Assembly: GCA_965204735.1 (NCBI GenBank)
Contig: OZ242008.1
Coordinates: 1,440,001-1,504,000 of the forward strand
Origin: Longimicrobiales bacterium
Lineage (GTDB): Bacteria > Gemmatimonadota > Gemmatimonadetes > Longimicrobiales > Gaopeijiaceae
DNA: 64,000 nucleotides
Direction of reading: 5' to 3'
A model generated the notes under the pieces. The model had not been told where the DNA came from. It saw only the letters and a list, made by a program, of their open reading frames with translations, and did not search any database. The translations under genes and the position numbers were made by a program. Positions 37,183-50,401 of the stretch are shown piece by piece (the first letter of the stretch is position 1; every line of letters begins with the position of its first letter).

Positions 37183-38642
37183 ACCGGGACCGCGGCTTCG
37201 TCGAGGAGCCCAGGGCGAAGGGCAGGGACGAGGTCGAAGAGAGCGACTCGGCAAAGGTCGGGGACGTGGCAGCGGACGATCGCCCGGTTCTCGGCGAGCG
37301 GACGGCTCGCCTTGCCGAACTGGCCCGCCTGGCCGAGGCCGGCGACTTCTCGCGCCTCTCCGAGTTCGCCGGCGAGATGCATCCCTCCGACGTAGCCGAC
37401 TTGGTCGCCTCCGTGTCCGTGGAGGCGGTGCGGCTGCGCATCCTGGAGGCGCTCCCCACCGAAGTGGCCTCCGAGACCCTTGCCGAGATGGAGGAGGACG
37501 AGGCCCGAGCCGAGCTCTTGGGCGCCCTGGGCTCGACTCGGGGCGCGGCGCTTCTGAAGGAGCTGCCCGACGACGACGCCGCGGACCTGGTGGGCGAGCT
37601 CGAGCCCGAGGACAGGGATCGGATGCTGGCGGCCCTGCCCAGCGAGGAGGCGCGCGAGATCAGGGACCTCCTCCGCTACGGCGAGGAGACGGCGGGCGGC
37701 CTCATGACCACGTCCCTGGTGTCGGTGGCGGCCGACGCCAGCGCCGGACGCGCCATCGCCGAGATCCGCCGGCAGGGCCGGGAAGTGGAGGACTTCTACA
37801 CCGTCTTCGTGGTGGACGGACGAGGCCGGTTGCGGGGAACCGTCCCCCTGGACGACCTGATCGTGGCCGACCCGGCGGACCCCATCGAGTCGCTGGTGGA
37901 GCCCTCGACGGCCACCGTCCTTCCCGACACGGACCAGGAGGAGGCGGGGCGGATCATCGGCCGCTACAACTTGGCCAGCCTCCCCGTCGTCAACCGCGAA
38001 GGCGCCCTGCTGGGCCGGATCACCTTCGACGACGTGATCGACGTGATCGAGGCCGAGACCACCGAGGACATCCTGAAGCTGGCCGGCGTCTCCGACGACG
38101 AGGAGCTCCGGGCAGGCTGGCTGGAGGCGGTGCGCTCCCGGTTGCCCTGGCTGGTGCTCAACCTGGTCACCGCCGGGGTCGCGGCTTCCGTCATCCTCAA
38201 CTTCGAGCACGTAGTCGGCGAAGCGACGTTCCTCGCCTTCCTGATGCCGGTGATCGCGGCCCTGGGCGGGAACACGGGCACCCAGGCGCTGGCGGTCACG
38301 ATCCGACGCATCGCCGTCGGCGAGGGCCTCTTGGCGGACAACTTCCGCGTGGTGGGCAAGGAAGTGTTGGTGGGTCTCGTGAACGGACTGGTCCTGGGCG
38401 CGTGCTTCGCGGCGTTCGCGTACTTCTACGACGGCCAGCCGCGGATGGGCGTGGTGGTGCTCCTGGCCATGTGGGCCAACATCGTGGTCGCCGGCTTCGC
38501 CGGGGCGATGGTGCCCACCGTCCTGAACCGCGTGGGCGTGGACCCGGCCGTCGCCTCGTCCGTCTTCGTCCACACCCTGACGGACCTGGTGGGCTTCTCC
38601 ATGGTCCTGATCCTGGCGACGACCCTTCTGGGCCTGGGCTGA
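37179..38642 (+). CDS. mgtE: Magnesium transporter MgtE
   Basis: MgtE_N, CBS pair (TAGGLMT), GGNTGTQ, DPAVASS..TLTDLVG. Confidence 0.95.
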   Translation: MNRDRGFVEEPRAKGRDEVEESDSAKVGDVAADDRPVLGERTARLAELARLAEAGDFSRLSEFAGEMHPSDVADLVASVSVEAVRLRILEALPTEVASETLAEMEEDEARAELLGALGSTRGAALLKELPDDDAADLVGELEPEDRDRMLAALPSEEAREIRDLLRYGEETAGGLMTTSLVSVAADASAGRAIAEIRRQGREVEDFYTVFVVDGRGRLRGTVPLDDLIVADPADPIESLVEPSTATVLPDTDQEEAGRIIGRYNLASLPVVNREGALLGRITFDDVIDVIEAETTEDILKLAGVSDDEELRAGWLEAVRSRLPWLVLNLVTAGVAASVILNFEHVVGEATFLAFLMPVIAALGGNTGTQALAVTIRRIAVGEGLLADNFRVVGKEVLVGLVNGLVLGACFAAFAYFYDGQPRMGVVVLLAMWANIVVAGFAGAMVPTVLNRVGVDPAVASSVFVHTLTDLVGFSMVLILATTLLGLG

Positions 38643-38646
38643 GGCC

Positions 38647-39930
38647 GTGACCGACCTCCGTCTCCGCCGGCTGGCGAGGGAGTTTCGGGAGGGGAAGCGT
38701 CCGGCGCTGGCCAGGGCCGTGTCGATGGTGGAGAGCCGGCGTCCAGGCGCGGAAGCCCTTCTCGAAGCCCTTCTCCAGGTCAGGCCCCGAGCGCGGCGGA
38801 TGGGGATCACGGGACCGCCAGGCGCCGGCAAGTCCACCTTGGCCGCGGGGCTGGCCGCCCTGCTGCGGGAGCGGGGCGAAGAAGTGGCGATCGTGGCCGT
38901 GGACCCCACTTCGCCCTTCTCCGGCGGCGCGCTCTTGGGGGACCGCATCCGGATGAACGACCTGGCCACCGACCGGGGCGTCTTCATCCGCTCCATGGCG
39001 ACCCGCGGCTCGCTGGGCGGGCTGGCGGCGGCGACTCGCGAAGTCGTGGACCTGCTGGACGCCTTCGGCTTCCCCAACGTGCTGGTGGAGACGGTGGGCG
39101 TCGGCCAGACCGAGCTGGAGATCGCGTCGGCGGTGGACTCGGTGGCCGTCGTCCTGGTTCCCGAGTCCGGCGACGGCATCCAAGCGCTGAAGGCCGGCCT
39201 CATGGAGATCGCCGACGTCTTCGTCGTGAACAAGTCGGACCGCCCGGGCGCCGACCGCCTGGTCCGCGACCTCCGCCTGGCCATGCACCTGAAGGCGGGT
39301 CGGGCGACCCGCGATGTGCCCGCCCATCACGGAGCAGACCTCTCGCGGGCGGCCCCCGATCCCCAGCCCCCGGCCCCCGCCCGTCGGCCCGCCGCCGAGC
39401 CGACCGTCGGGCGCGTCCTCGACGACTCGGCCGAAGAACACCCGGCCCCCGCCCGTCCGCCCGCCGCCGAGCCGACCCCGAGCGCGGCGCCGCCCCGTGG
39501 CCCGGAGTCGCCTCCCGCCCCGGACGCCAAGCCGGCGCCCCGCTGGACAGCAGGCCAGAGCGACCTCCTTCCCCGAGGGAGCGCCCCGGAACCGCCCGAG
39601 TGGGAGGCGCCCGTCCTGAAGACCTCGGCCGGTCGCGGCGAAGGGATCGACGTTCTCCTGGACGCGATCCTCGCGCACCACCGCCACCTCCGTGAATCGT
39701 CGGAGCTGGCGCGTCGCCGCCATCGACGCGCGCGCCAACGGATCGCCGATGTCGTCGAGGGCCGACTGCATCGCCGCGCGGCGCGCGCGCTGGCCGCCGA
39801 CCCGCGCTTGCCCGAGTGGGCCGGCGACGTGGCCGCCGGAAGGGTCACGGCCTACGAAGTGGCGGCCAAGGCGATTCCCGAGATCGTTTCCGACCTGTTG
39901 AAGGGCATGGACGTGCCCAGGACAAATTGA
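38647..39930 (+). CDS. meaB: Methylmalonyl-CoA mutase-associated GTPase MeaB
   Basis: GPPGAGKST, AVDPTSPFSGGALLGDRIRM, ETVGVGQ, NKSD; Pro-rich insertion. Confidence 0.95.
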   Translation: MTDLRLRRLAREFREGKRPALARAVSMVESRRPGAEALLEALLQVRPRARRMGITGPPGAGKSTLAAGLAALLRERGEEVAIVAVDPTSPFSGGALLGDRIRMNDLATDRGVFIRSMATRGSLGGLAAATREVVDLLDAFGFPNVLVETVGVGQTELEIASAVDSVAVVLVPESGDGIQALKAGLMEIADVFVVNKSDRPGADRLVRDLRLAMHLKAGRATRDVPAHHGADLSRAAPDPQPPAPARRPAAEPTVGRVLDDSAEEHPAPARPPAAEPTPSAAPPRGPESPPAPDAKPAPRWTAGQSDLLPRGSAPEPPEWEAPVLKTSAGRGEGIDVLLDAILAHHRHLRESSELARRRHRRARQRIADVVEGRLHRRAARALAADPRLPEWAGDVAAGRVTAYEVAAKAIPEIVSDLLKGMDVPRTN

Positions 39931-40052
39931 ACTCGAGGTCTCCGGCCCCCTCGGGCGTCTGCGGGAGCCTTGTCTTCGGGAGCGTCGTCTGCCGTCGCGC
40001 GCAAGGCCGTCGCGCGCTTGCGAACGCTTGCGGCGCCGTCCAGTATTGTCGA

Positions 40053-42638
40053 ATGAAGCTTTCGGTCGTGTCCGTCATGGCCCGCGTACTTGCTTTGTCG
40101 GCGCTGCTCGTTGCCGCTTGCGGGCCCGACGAGCAAGTGACCGCGCCCGCGCCGCCACCGCCCAGCCCCGATGCCGCAGGGGCCGCGGACCACGCCCCGG
40201 CAGCCTCCGTCCGCGTGTCGCCCGTGGGCTACGTCGCCTTCACCCGCTCCGGCGCCACGGCCAACTCCTTCGCCTTCTCCGCCCGCCTCGTGGACAGCGC
40301 GGGCGCCTCCCTGTCGATCCCGGCCGCCGGCCTCGACTGGTCGCTCAGGCCCGGCCGCGCGTTCCGCGTGGAAGGCGACAGCGTGACCGGCGACCGCCGG
40401 ACGGCCCAGCTGGTCGTGCGGGCGTCGGCCGGAGGGCGCGACGCGGTGGTGGCCGGCCACGGCGCCGCCGCCGACACGGCGTTCGCCGAGAACTGGGAGT
40501 GGATGACGCCCGACTTCCAGTGGGAAGGCGACCCGTGGACTCCCGCCGGCGAGTCGCGATGCGCCCGGGTCTCGCAAGCCACCGGCGCCTCGGAGATCGC
40601 CTTGGCGGACTTCGATCTGTACGTCGCGTCCTTCGACCCGGCCGCCGTCCAAGTGGACTCGGCCTCGCTGGCGTCGGGCGGTCGAGCCGTGCGCGTCTGC
40701 TTCACCGCGCGCGGGTCCGGCGCCACCGGCTTGGCCATGACCGGACGGGACGCGGCCAACCACCGCTTCTGGGGATGGCACCGCGATCACGTCGTCCTGA
40801 CCCCTCCGCTCTCCCTGGGCTTCGAGCACGGCGAGCAGTACGAAATCGGCGTCGGGCAGCGTACCGACTTGAACGCGCGCCTCCAAGGCGGCCACGGCGC
40901 TTCGGTTGTCTTGGACGGCGAAGCAAGCGCCGTCTCCTGGACCAGCGGCGACGCGGCGGTGGCGACCGTGAACGCCACTGGCGCGGTCGTCGGCGTCGCC
41001 TCCGGGACGGCGGCAGTGTCCGCGGCGTACCGGAACGTGACCGGCCGCGCCGTCGTCGACGTGTACGAAATCACGGGCGGGCGAGTCGGCGAAGAGATCG
41101 TCTGCATCTCGACGCGACGGGGCGCCGTGAGGTGCTGGGGCCACAGCGAGGAGGAGATGCTGGGCTACGCCGTCGGCTACGCCGAGATCGTCGTGCGACC
41201 GACGCAGGTGGCCAACGTGGACATGGGCGCCAGGGTCCGAGCCGTCTTCAATGCGAGCGTGCGCGCCGCGTGCGCCATCACGGCCTCGGCGGAGCTTCGT
41301 TGCTGGGGGCACCCGAACTGGGGCTCGCTGGGGTATGGGAACGAGCGGGACTTCGGCAAGCACTCGGTCCCGCGAACCGCAGGTCCCGTCCCGCTGGGAG
41401 GCGCCCCGGCCTACGTGGGCGGAGGCCCGGCCGACCACTTCTGCACGGTGCTGGTTTCCGGCGGCCTGCGCTGCGTGGGCAGCAACTTGGCGGGGCAGGT
41501 GGGCTACGGCGTGTCTTACGCGGCCAACCGGGTCGTGGGCGACAACGAGACGCCGGCCCGGATGGGCGACGTGCCCTTGGGCGGCAGGGCGGTTCACGTG
41601 GCCACGGGAGGAAGGGCGGGGATGACGTGCGCCGCGCTGGAGAACGGGCGCGGACGGTGCTGGGGGATCAACGCCAACGACTGGGTTCCCGCGACGGCCA
41701 CCGTGGAGGAGCCGACGTACGGCCTGGGGTACGGACGCGCACAGGGGTACGACTCCCCGATCGGCGACGACGAGACCCCGGCGGACGTGGGGGACCTGCC
41801 CGTGGAAGGCCGCATCGTCCAGTTCGCGGTGGGCGGCTTCCACATCTGCGCCCTGCTGGAAGGCGGCTCGGTTCGGTGCTGGGGAAGCAACTACAACGGC
41901 AACTTGGGCGCGGGACGGGGCGCCCGCGAGCACGTTGCGGACGCCGCCGAGTCGGTGGAGCTGGTCTTCCCGCATCCCGTGGTGCAGATCCAGGCCGGTT
42001 GGTCCCACACGTGCGTGCTCATGGAGAACGGGGCCGTTCGCTGCTGGGGCGCCAACTACTACGGCGCCCTGGGACTGGGGGACACGCGAGGGCGGGGGAT
42101 CACCGAGTCCGTCGAGTCCGTCGAAGATGTGCGGCTCGGGGGTCCGGCCGTCCGGCTTCTGGGCTCGGGCCAGTACGAGAACTGCGTCGTCATGCGGGCG
42201 GGCGGGCTGCGCTGCTGGGGCGCCAACTGGAACGGCCACTTCGGCTACCCCTTCAAGGAGGACGTGGGCGACAACGAGCATCCGGCGGACGTGGGCGACA
42301 TCTTGGTGTTCCCAGGGCCGGTTCCGGCACGGCGCCTGGGGACGACGAACTTGCCCGGCCGGGCGTTCGGAGCGCCGCCGCCCGCCGCTGCCGCGTCGCC
42401 GTCGGTTGCGCTTCCGGCGCCCACCTCGGCCCCGCCTCCCCCGGTCCTGGTGATCGACTGGCAGGAGCTGAGCGAGTCCGCCGCCGCAGCGCGCCTCGAC
42501 AACGCCGACGAGTCGCAAACCCGGCCCACCCAAGGCCCGCTCCGACCGTGGGTCGGCCCCCTGGTCGGCGCCGGCGGTTGGATCGCGCCCTCGGCGGTGC
42601 CGGCGTCCACGGCGTGGATCAAGGTCGCAAGGCGATGA
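40053..42638 (+). CDS. Lipoprotein with Ig-like (Big_2) domain and RCC1-like repeats
   Basis: Lipobox LVAAC; WTSGDAAVATV; repeated HxCxL..GxVRCWGxNxxGxLG. Confidence 0.85.
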   Translation: MKLSVVSVMARVLALSALLVAACGPDEQVTAPAPPPPSPDAAGAADHAPAASVRVSPVGYVAFTRSGATANSFAFSARLVDSAGASLSIPAAGLDWSLRPGRAFRVEGDSVTGDRRTAQLVVRASAGGRDAVVAGHGAAADTAFAENWEWMTPDFQWEGDPWTPAGESRCARVSQATGASEIALADFDLYVASFDPAAVQVDSASLASGGRAVRVCFTARGSGATGLAMTGRDAANHRFWGWHRDHVVLTPPLSLGFEHGEQYEIGVGQRTDLNARLQGGHGASVVLDGEASAVSWTSGDAAVATVNATGAVVGVASGTAAVSAAYRNVTGRAVVDVYEITGGRVGEEIVCISTRRGAVRCWGHSEEEMLGYAVGYAEIVVRPTQVANVDMGARVRAVFNASVRAACAITASAELRCWGHPNWGSLGYGNERDFGKHSVPRTAGPVPLGGAPAYVGGGPADHFCTVLVSGGLRCVGSNLAGQVGYGVSYAANRVVGDNETPARMGDVPLGGRAVHVATGGRAGMTCAALENGRGRCWGINANDWVPATATVEEPTYGLGYGRAQGYDSPIGDDETPADVGDLPVEGRIVQFAVGGFHICALLEGGSVRCWGSNYNGNLGAGRGAREHVADAAESVELVFPHPVVQIQAGWSHTCVLMENGAVRCWGANYYGALGLGDTRGRGITESVESVEDVRLGGPAVRLLGSGQYENCVVMRAGGLRCWGANWNGHFGYPFKEDVGDNEHPADVGDILVFPGPVPARRLGTTNLPGRAFGAPPPAAAASPSVALPAPTSAPPPPVLVIDWQELSESAAAARLDNADESQTRPTQGPLRPWVGPLVGAGGWIAPSAVPASTAWIKVARR

Positions 42639-45027
42639 ATCCGCCGCCGCGCCGCCGCCGTCCGGCTCGGGTCCTCCTCGCGGCGCCCCTGGCGTGGCTG
42701 GTCGCCTGCGGCGGAGACGACGGCGGCTCGACGGTGACGCCTCCGCCGCCCGTCGCCGTGGCGTCCCTCGACCTGACCGCGACGACCACGGAGCCTGCCG
42801 CCGGGACCCCCGTTCCCGTGACCGCCCACGCCAGGGACGCCTCGGGTTCGCCCGCGGCCGGCGTTCAGATCGAGTTCGCGGTCGGCGCCTCCTCGGGAAG
42901 CGTGTCGCCCGCGTCCGCGACGACCGACGCCTCCGGGGCCGCTTCCGCCACCTGGTTGGTGGCCACCGTTCCGGGGCAGCAGACGCTCACGGCGCGGTCG
43001 GCCGGCGTCTCCAAGGACTTGACGGTGACCGCCGTGCCCGGCCCCCCGGCCTGGGTCGTCGCCGACGGCCAGACGGAGATCGTTGCCAGTGCCGGCGCCG
43101 TCCTGGCGGACGCGGTGGCGGTCGTCGCCCGCGACCGGTTCGGCAACCCGACGCCGGACGTGGAGGTCGCCTTCCAGGTCGTGGCCGGCGACGGCGCCGC
43201 CAACCCCGCCGTCGAGCGAACCGACGCCGCGGGCCGGGCGGCGACGACCTGGACGCTGGGAGCGGCCCCGGGCCGGAACGTCTTGGACGCCAGCGTGGGT
43301 GACCTGCAGGCCGTGACGTTCGTCGCCCACGCCTTCGGAGACGCGCTGGCGATCCTGCGATCCAGGCAGGAGCGCTGGCCCGAAAGCGACGAGATCGCCC
43401 TGGAGGGGTGGCGGATGGAGCGGATCTCCGACGCGGTGGTGACGGTGGACGGCGCTCCGCCGGCCGAGATCGTGGTCCTGGACTCGGCCCGCGCCGTGAT
43501 CCGCCAGGCGCCCCTTCCCGCAGCCAGGGCCGCCGGCTGCGCCCTGGAGCGCCCAGGCGAGCTGGCGGTCGTCGCCCCGAGCACGGCGTTCAACGCCAGA
43601 GTCAGGCGCCTCCACGGCCCGGTCGTCGCGCTTCGGGCCGGCGAGGAGCGCCGCTTCGAGGGCAACGAGACCTGCCTCCGCGTCGCGGGCGGCCGCTACG
43701 TGCTGGCCGCAGTGGACCGCGCCTACATCGACGACGCGCGCCACGTCTCCGAGGAGTGGCACTACCGAGGCGGCGCTCGCTTCCACATGCTGCTGGCCGA
43801 CAGCACGTCCGGGGCCGGGGCGCCCCATCGAGTCCGCGCGCGGTCGGCGGTGCCCACGCCCGATCCGACGGCCCGCCGCCCGGATCACGTGCGCGTCCAC
43901 CAGCCCGGGGCGTTCGCCGTTCAGGGAGACGTGTACCAGCGCGCCACGCCCTACGTGGTGGGCGAAGAGTTCCACTGGTACACCGGAGACGGGCGCGAAG
44001 GCACGTTCCGCGTCATGGCGCTCTACCCGCCGAACGTGGTCCTCGCCGTCTTCAAGGACGACCTGTCGTCCCTGTGGACCGACGCTCGCGCCCTGGCCAT
44101 GGACTCGCTCTTCATGTCCCTGGGGTCGCCCGAGGTCCAGGCGATCTACGAGGCCTCCTTCGGCGAGGGTCCCGCCGAGACCAGCGCCGAGACCGGCCAG
44201 ATGCTGGTCATGTTCCACGACGGCGACCCCTCGGACGCCACGGGCCTGACCTACTCGGCGTCGAACTACCGCCAGTCCACGGTGCACTTCCGCCGCAACC
44301 CCTACTGGGACGACAACTCCTGGTACTACAGCCTGGTGGCCCACGAACTCGGCCACGCCTGGCAGTTCAAGGCGGTCGGGCGCGTGAGCGCGGTGTGGAG
44401 CGGCGAAGGAATCGCCAACTGGATCGCCCAAGAGAGGCTCCGGCACGCGGTGGGCCTGGAGCTGGACGCCAACCACAGCGCGCACGTGGAGCTGCAGGGC
44501 TGGCCCCTTCGGCTTCCCGAGACTGGGGACTTCGTGGCCGGATACCGCGAGAGCCATCCCTTCCTTGCGTTCCTGGTGACGCGGCTCGTGCTCGACCACG
44601 GTCAGTCGTACGCCGACGCTGCCCGCCGGGTCGTGGTGGGAGCGTCCGAAGGCTGGCACGGGCGCTACTTCACGGCCTACGACGCGATCGAATACGACCC
44701 TGCCGGAGGGCTGACCAACCGCATGCGCCAGGTCGTGGACGAGTGGGACGCGGTCGAGGCCCGCCTGGACTGGATGGTCTCCTTCGCCTTGGACGACCGA
44801 AGCAGCCTGGGTCGCTACCGCATTCCCTTCGTGCGAGGCGCGTCGCAGCACTACAGACCGTACCACAGCTTCCGCATGGGAGGCGGCGCCAGCGTCTCCG
44901 AGAACTTCGCCGGCGGCGGCAACTACTACTTCGAGCTCGTGGGCGACGGCGCCTTGCACGTCGTGGCGAACGACGGCGCGACGCCTGCGGGAGGGCCCCG
45001 GATGGCCTGGAAGCTGGTGAGGTGGCG

Positions 45028-45031
<4 letters not shown>
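42635..45031 (+). CDS. Lipoprotein with Big_1 Ig-like domains and HExxH zinc-metallopeptidase domain
   Basis: Lipobox LVAC; TDASGAA/TDAAGRA..WTLG; AHELGH followed by EGIA (gluzincin-like). Confidence 0.8.
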
Positions 45032-46797
<1,766 letters not shown>

Positions 46798-46814
46798 ATG
46801 GCGATGCACGCAAC

Positions 46815-47483
46815 ATGGACTCGCTTAGGTTGATGGAGTGGCTTACGCTCATAGTGGCCATAGTATCTGCCGCCTATAGTGCATATGCGTCCTGGAAGAC
46901 TGGGAAACGCAAGGAGAAGATTAAGGACGAGATTAGGAAACACAACAGCGAGATTAGGAAACACAATGACAAGATTAGGAAACACAATGACAAGATTAGA
47001 AAATACCTCAAGACGAAAGGATCTGGTGCCATGAAAGATGAATACGACGAGCGCTTGAAAAAACTGCGTGCGCATATCAACGAAGCGCAGTCGTCGTTCT
47101 ATAACTTGCACCGATACATATACCGCAAAGAAAACAAAGTCCTTAGAAAGAATCTGCGGAAAGACAAGGAACAGATGGACGACCTCAAATACCAGGCCAG
47201 TGTCTTGTACGATCTCATAGCAAAAATCTGCGTGGGAGAACAGGACACCGACAGTGCCGAAGTGGAACATGCCGACAAGGACAACCCGCCGAAACTTGAG
47301 GACGATAGCGAGGTGCAGGACGAGCCGGAGCACGGTGCAGTGGGGGAAGGCGAACGGGGCGAATTTGCACTGGACAAAGACCCTCCAGCTACTGAAGGAC
47401 CTGGACAAGAAGAGCCGAAGCCAAGCACGGAACCGGACCCAGCCGGGACTTCCGCTGAAGGGGAGGACGCTGCGGAACCATGA
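46815..47483 (+). CDS. Low-GC orphan membrane-anchored coiled-coil protein
   Basis: N-terminal TM, heptad IRKHN(S/D)(E/K) repeats, acidic tail; AT-rich relative to flanks. Confidence 0.65.
   Translation: MDSLRLMEWLTLIVAIVSAAYSAYASWKTGKRKEKIKDEIRKHNSEIRKHNDKIRKHNDKIRKYLKTKGSGAMKDEYDERLKKLRAHINEAQSSFYNLHRYIYRKENKVLRKNLRKDKEQMDDLKYQASVLYDLIAKICVGEQDTDSAEVEHADKDNPPKLEDDSEVQDEPEHGAVGEGERGEFALDKDPPATEGPGQEEPKPSTEPDPAGTSAEGEDAAEP
46929..47006 (+). repeat. 21-bp tandem repeat (about 4 copies)
   Basis: AGATTAGGAAACACAA at 46930, 46951, 46972, degenerate at 46993. Confidence 0.85.
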
Positions 47484-47674
47484 CCCATGATTGCCTTCCA
47501 TCCGTTCCCGGCGCTCGTCGATTCCCCACAGCCGAAAGAACGCACCGGACGCCCAGGGGAAGCCGCACCCGGGATTGACACCCCGCCCCGGCTGGGCGAG
47601 CTTTCGGCCCTGCGAGCCGCCTGGGAGTCGGGCGCCGCATCAGGGGAAAGACGCGAAAGGGAGCCGGGCAGCCG

Positions 47675-49357
47675 ATGCTGAAAACGTTCCGTGGACGGGC
47701 GATCGTCATCTTGGCGGCCCTCGGCCTCTCCGCCTTCTACCTCTTGACCCGAGGCCTCAAGCAGGGGCTCGACCTTCAGGGCGGGATGCACCTCGTCCTG
47801 GAGATCGACGACCCGGAGGGCTCGCTCACCGAGGAGGAGCGGACCGACGCCATCGACCGGGCGGAGCGGATCATCCGCGCCCGGATCGACGAGTTCGGGG
47901 TCGAGGAGCCCCTCATCCAGAAGATCGGCGCCGACCGGCTCATCGTGGAGCTGGCAGGGCTGGACGACGAGTCCCGGGCCAAGGAGATCATCAACCAGCA
48001 GGCGTACCTGGAGTGGAAGCTGGTCCTGCCCACCACCGAAGTGGACAACGCCCTCGAGCGGCTGGACCGGGCGGTGGTGGTCGCCGTCGGCGAGGAGGGG
48101 CTGCGGGAGATGGGCCGTGCGGTGGAAGCCGCCCAGGCGCCGGACATTCAGGACCTTCTCTTCAGCGCCCCCGACACGGGCGACGAAGCGGGGGACGCCG
48201 CGGACGGCGAAGAGCTTCCCGCCGACGCCGAGCCCGCCGACGAAGGCCCCCCGGACGCGACGGACGACGAGGCGGACCCGGAGGACGAGGGCGAGGAAGA
48301 GCTGAACCTTCGTCCCTTCACCAGCCTGCTCGGCAGGAGCGACGCGGCGGGCGTCTACTTGGTGGACATGGACGACGTGGAGGTCGCCCAGCGCTTCATG
48401 GCCCTGCCCGAGTTCCAGCGGGCGCTTCCCCGCGACGTCAGCCTCCAGTGGGGATGGGACTCGCTGCCGCGAGGCGCCGTCTTCTACCGGGAGCTGTACG
48501 TCCTGGAGGAGGACCCCTTCCTGACGGGCGACCAGCTGGAAGACGCCACGGCCAACCGGGACCCCCAGTTCAACCAAGCCCAGGTCCTCTTCCAGCTGAA
48601 CCGTCGGGGCGGGCGGGACTTCCAGCGCCTCACCGGCGCCCACATCGGCGACCGCATCGCCATCGTGCTGGACGGCGAGGTCGTCAGCGCTCCCGTGGTT
48701 CGCGACCGGATCGGCGCCAGCGGCTCCATCGACCTGGGCTCGTCGGACATGTCCGAGGCCAGCGACCTGGCGCTGGTGCTGCGGGCCGGCGCCCTTCCCG
48801 CGCCCCTCCGGATCATGGAGGAACGGACCGTCGGACCCTCGCTGGGACAGGACTCCGTCGACCAGGGCAGGACCGCCGGGCTCGTCGGGGTCGCAGCCGT
48901 GCTGGTCGTCATGCTCCTCTACTACAAGGTCGCCGGGCTGCTGGCGATCCTCGCCCTCGGCGTCTACCTGGCCCTGGTCATGGGCGGACTCGCGGCGCTC
49001 AACGCCACGCTGACCCTTCCAGGGATCGCCGGCCTGATCCTTTCGGTGGGGATGGCGGTGGACGCCAACGTCCTCATCTTCGAGCGCATCCGCGAGGAGC
49101 TGGCCCGAAGGCGCGCGCCCAAGACCGCCGTGGACGAAGGCTTCGGCGCCGCCATGTCGGCGATCGTCGACGCCAACATCACCACCCTCATCACGGGGCT
49201 GATCCTCTTTCAGTTCGGAACCGGACCCGTGCGTGGATTCGCCGTCACCCTCTGCATCGGGATCGTGGCCTCGTTCTTCTCGGCCCTCTACGTGACCCGC
49301 GCCTTCTTCCTGGTCTACCTCTCCGGCAAGAGGGGCTCGGACCCGATCAGCATCTAG
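47675..49357 (+). CDS. secD: Protein translocase subunit SecD
   Basis: GLDLQGG, GVEEP, LRAGALPAP, GMAVDANVLIFERIREE. Confidence 0.97.
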   Translation: MLKTFRGRAIVILAALGLSAFYLLTRGLKQGLDLQGGMHLVLEIDDPEGSLTEEERTDAIDRAERIIRARIDEFGVEEPLIQKIGADRLIVELAGLDDESRAKEIINQQAYLEWKLVLPTTEVDNALERLDRAVVVAVGEEGLREMGRAVEAAQAPDIQDLLFSAPDTGDEAGDAADGEELPADAEPADEGPPDATDDEADPEDEGEEELNLRPFTSLLGRSDAAGVYLVDMDDVEVAQRFMALPEFQRALPRDVSLQWGWDSLPRGAVFYRELYVLEEDPFLTGDQLEDATANRDPQFNQAQVLFQLNRRGGRDFQRLTGAHIGDRIAIVLDGEVVSAPVVRDRIGASGSIDLGSSDMSEASDLALVLRAGALPAPLRIMEERTVGPSLGQDSVDQGRTAGLVGVAAVLVVMLLYYKVAGLLAILALGVYLALVMGGLAALNATLTLPGIAGLILSVGMAVDANVLIFERIREELARRRAPKTAVDEGFGAAMSAIVDANITTLITGLILFQFGTGPVRGFAVTLCIGIVASFFSALYVTRAFFLVYLSGKRGSDPISI

Positions 49358-49435
49358 CCCCCGCCCGCACCGGCACGCCCCTCCCCGGCTCCCCGAGCAC
49401 GCCCCCCTCCAGGAACCCCAAGGACTCGCTCCCTC

Positions 49436-50401
49436 ATGTGGCTCTTTCGCGAAGCCAAGTACGCGTTCATCGACATGCGCCGGAAGGCCTACGTGGTGTC
49501 GGCCGCGCTGCTCGCCCTCGGAGTGGGCGCGATGGTCGTGAACCACTTGGCCATAGGGAACTGGCAGAACTACGGCGTGGACTTCACCGGCGGCTCGCTG
49601 GTGCAGGTGCGCTTCGACGTGCCCACCGACGACAACGAGCTCCGCCAAGCGCTGGGCGGCGACGACGCGCCCCCCATCACCCGCTTCGGCGCCGACAACG
49701 AGTTCGTGGTCCGCGCCCCGCTGGCGGACACGGTGGGGATCGACGAGATCGCAGCCGACGTGGGCGCCAAGGTCGCGGCCAGCTACGGCGACGACGCGTT
49801 CGAGATCGTCCGGCAGGAGCTTGTGGGTCCCAAGATCGGCGCCGAGCTCCAGCAGAAGGCCGCGCTGGCGATCCTCTTCTCCCTCGTGCTCACCCTGGTC
49901 TACATCGCCGTGCGCTTCGAGTTCCGGTTCGGAGTGGCCTCGGTGATCGCCACCGCCCACGACGTCCTTGTCACATTGGGGTTCCTGGCCCTCTTCCGGG
50001 TCGAGATATCGCTGCCCACGGTGGCGGCGATCCTGACCATCCTGGGCTACTCCCTGAACGACACGATCGTCGTCTTCGACCGCATCCGGGAGAACCTGAA
50101 CGCGCGCGGGGGAAGGCGCGAGGACCCGTACAAGCTGGTGAACCGCTCCATCAACGAGACGCTGCCCCGAACGGTGCTGACCTCGGGCACGACGCTGGCG
50201 GTGCTGTTCTCGCTGCTGACGCTGGGCGGAGCGGTCATCCGCGACTTCACCATGGTGCTGATCCTGGGCGTGCTGATCGGGACCTACTCGTCGATCTTCA
50301 TCGCGTCGCCGGCCCTCCTGGAGATCCAGAGGCGGTACGGCGCCGGCGACGACAAGGAGAAGCGGAAGAAGCAAGGGACGCGGGCGGCCGCAGCGGTGTG
50401 A
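49436..50401 (+). CDS. secF: Protein translocase subunit SecF
   Basis: GVDFTGG, HDV, GYSLNDTIVVFDRIRE. Confidence 0.97.
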   Translation: MWLFREAKYAFIDMRRKAYVVSAALLALGVGAMVVNHLAIGNWQNYGVDFTGGSLVQVRFDVPTDDNELRQALGGDDAPPITRFGADNEFVVRAPLADTVGIDEIAADVGAKVAASYGDDAFEIVRQELVGPKIGAELQQKAALAILFSLVLTLVYIAVRFEFRFGVASVIATAHDVLVTLGFLALFRVEISLPTVAAILTILGYSLNDTIVVFDRIRENLNARGGRREDPYKLVNRSINETLPRTVLTSGTTLAVLFSLLTLGGAVIRDFTMVLILGVLIGTYSSIFIASPALLEIQRRYGAGDDKEKRKKQGTRAAAAV

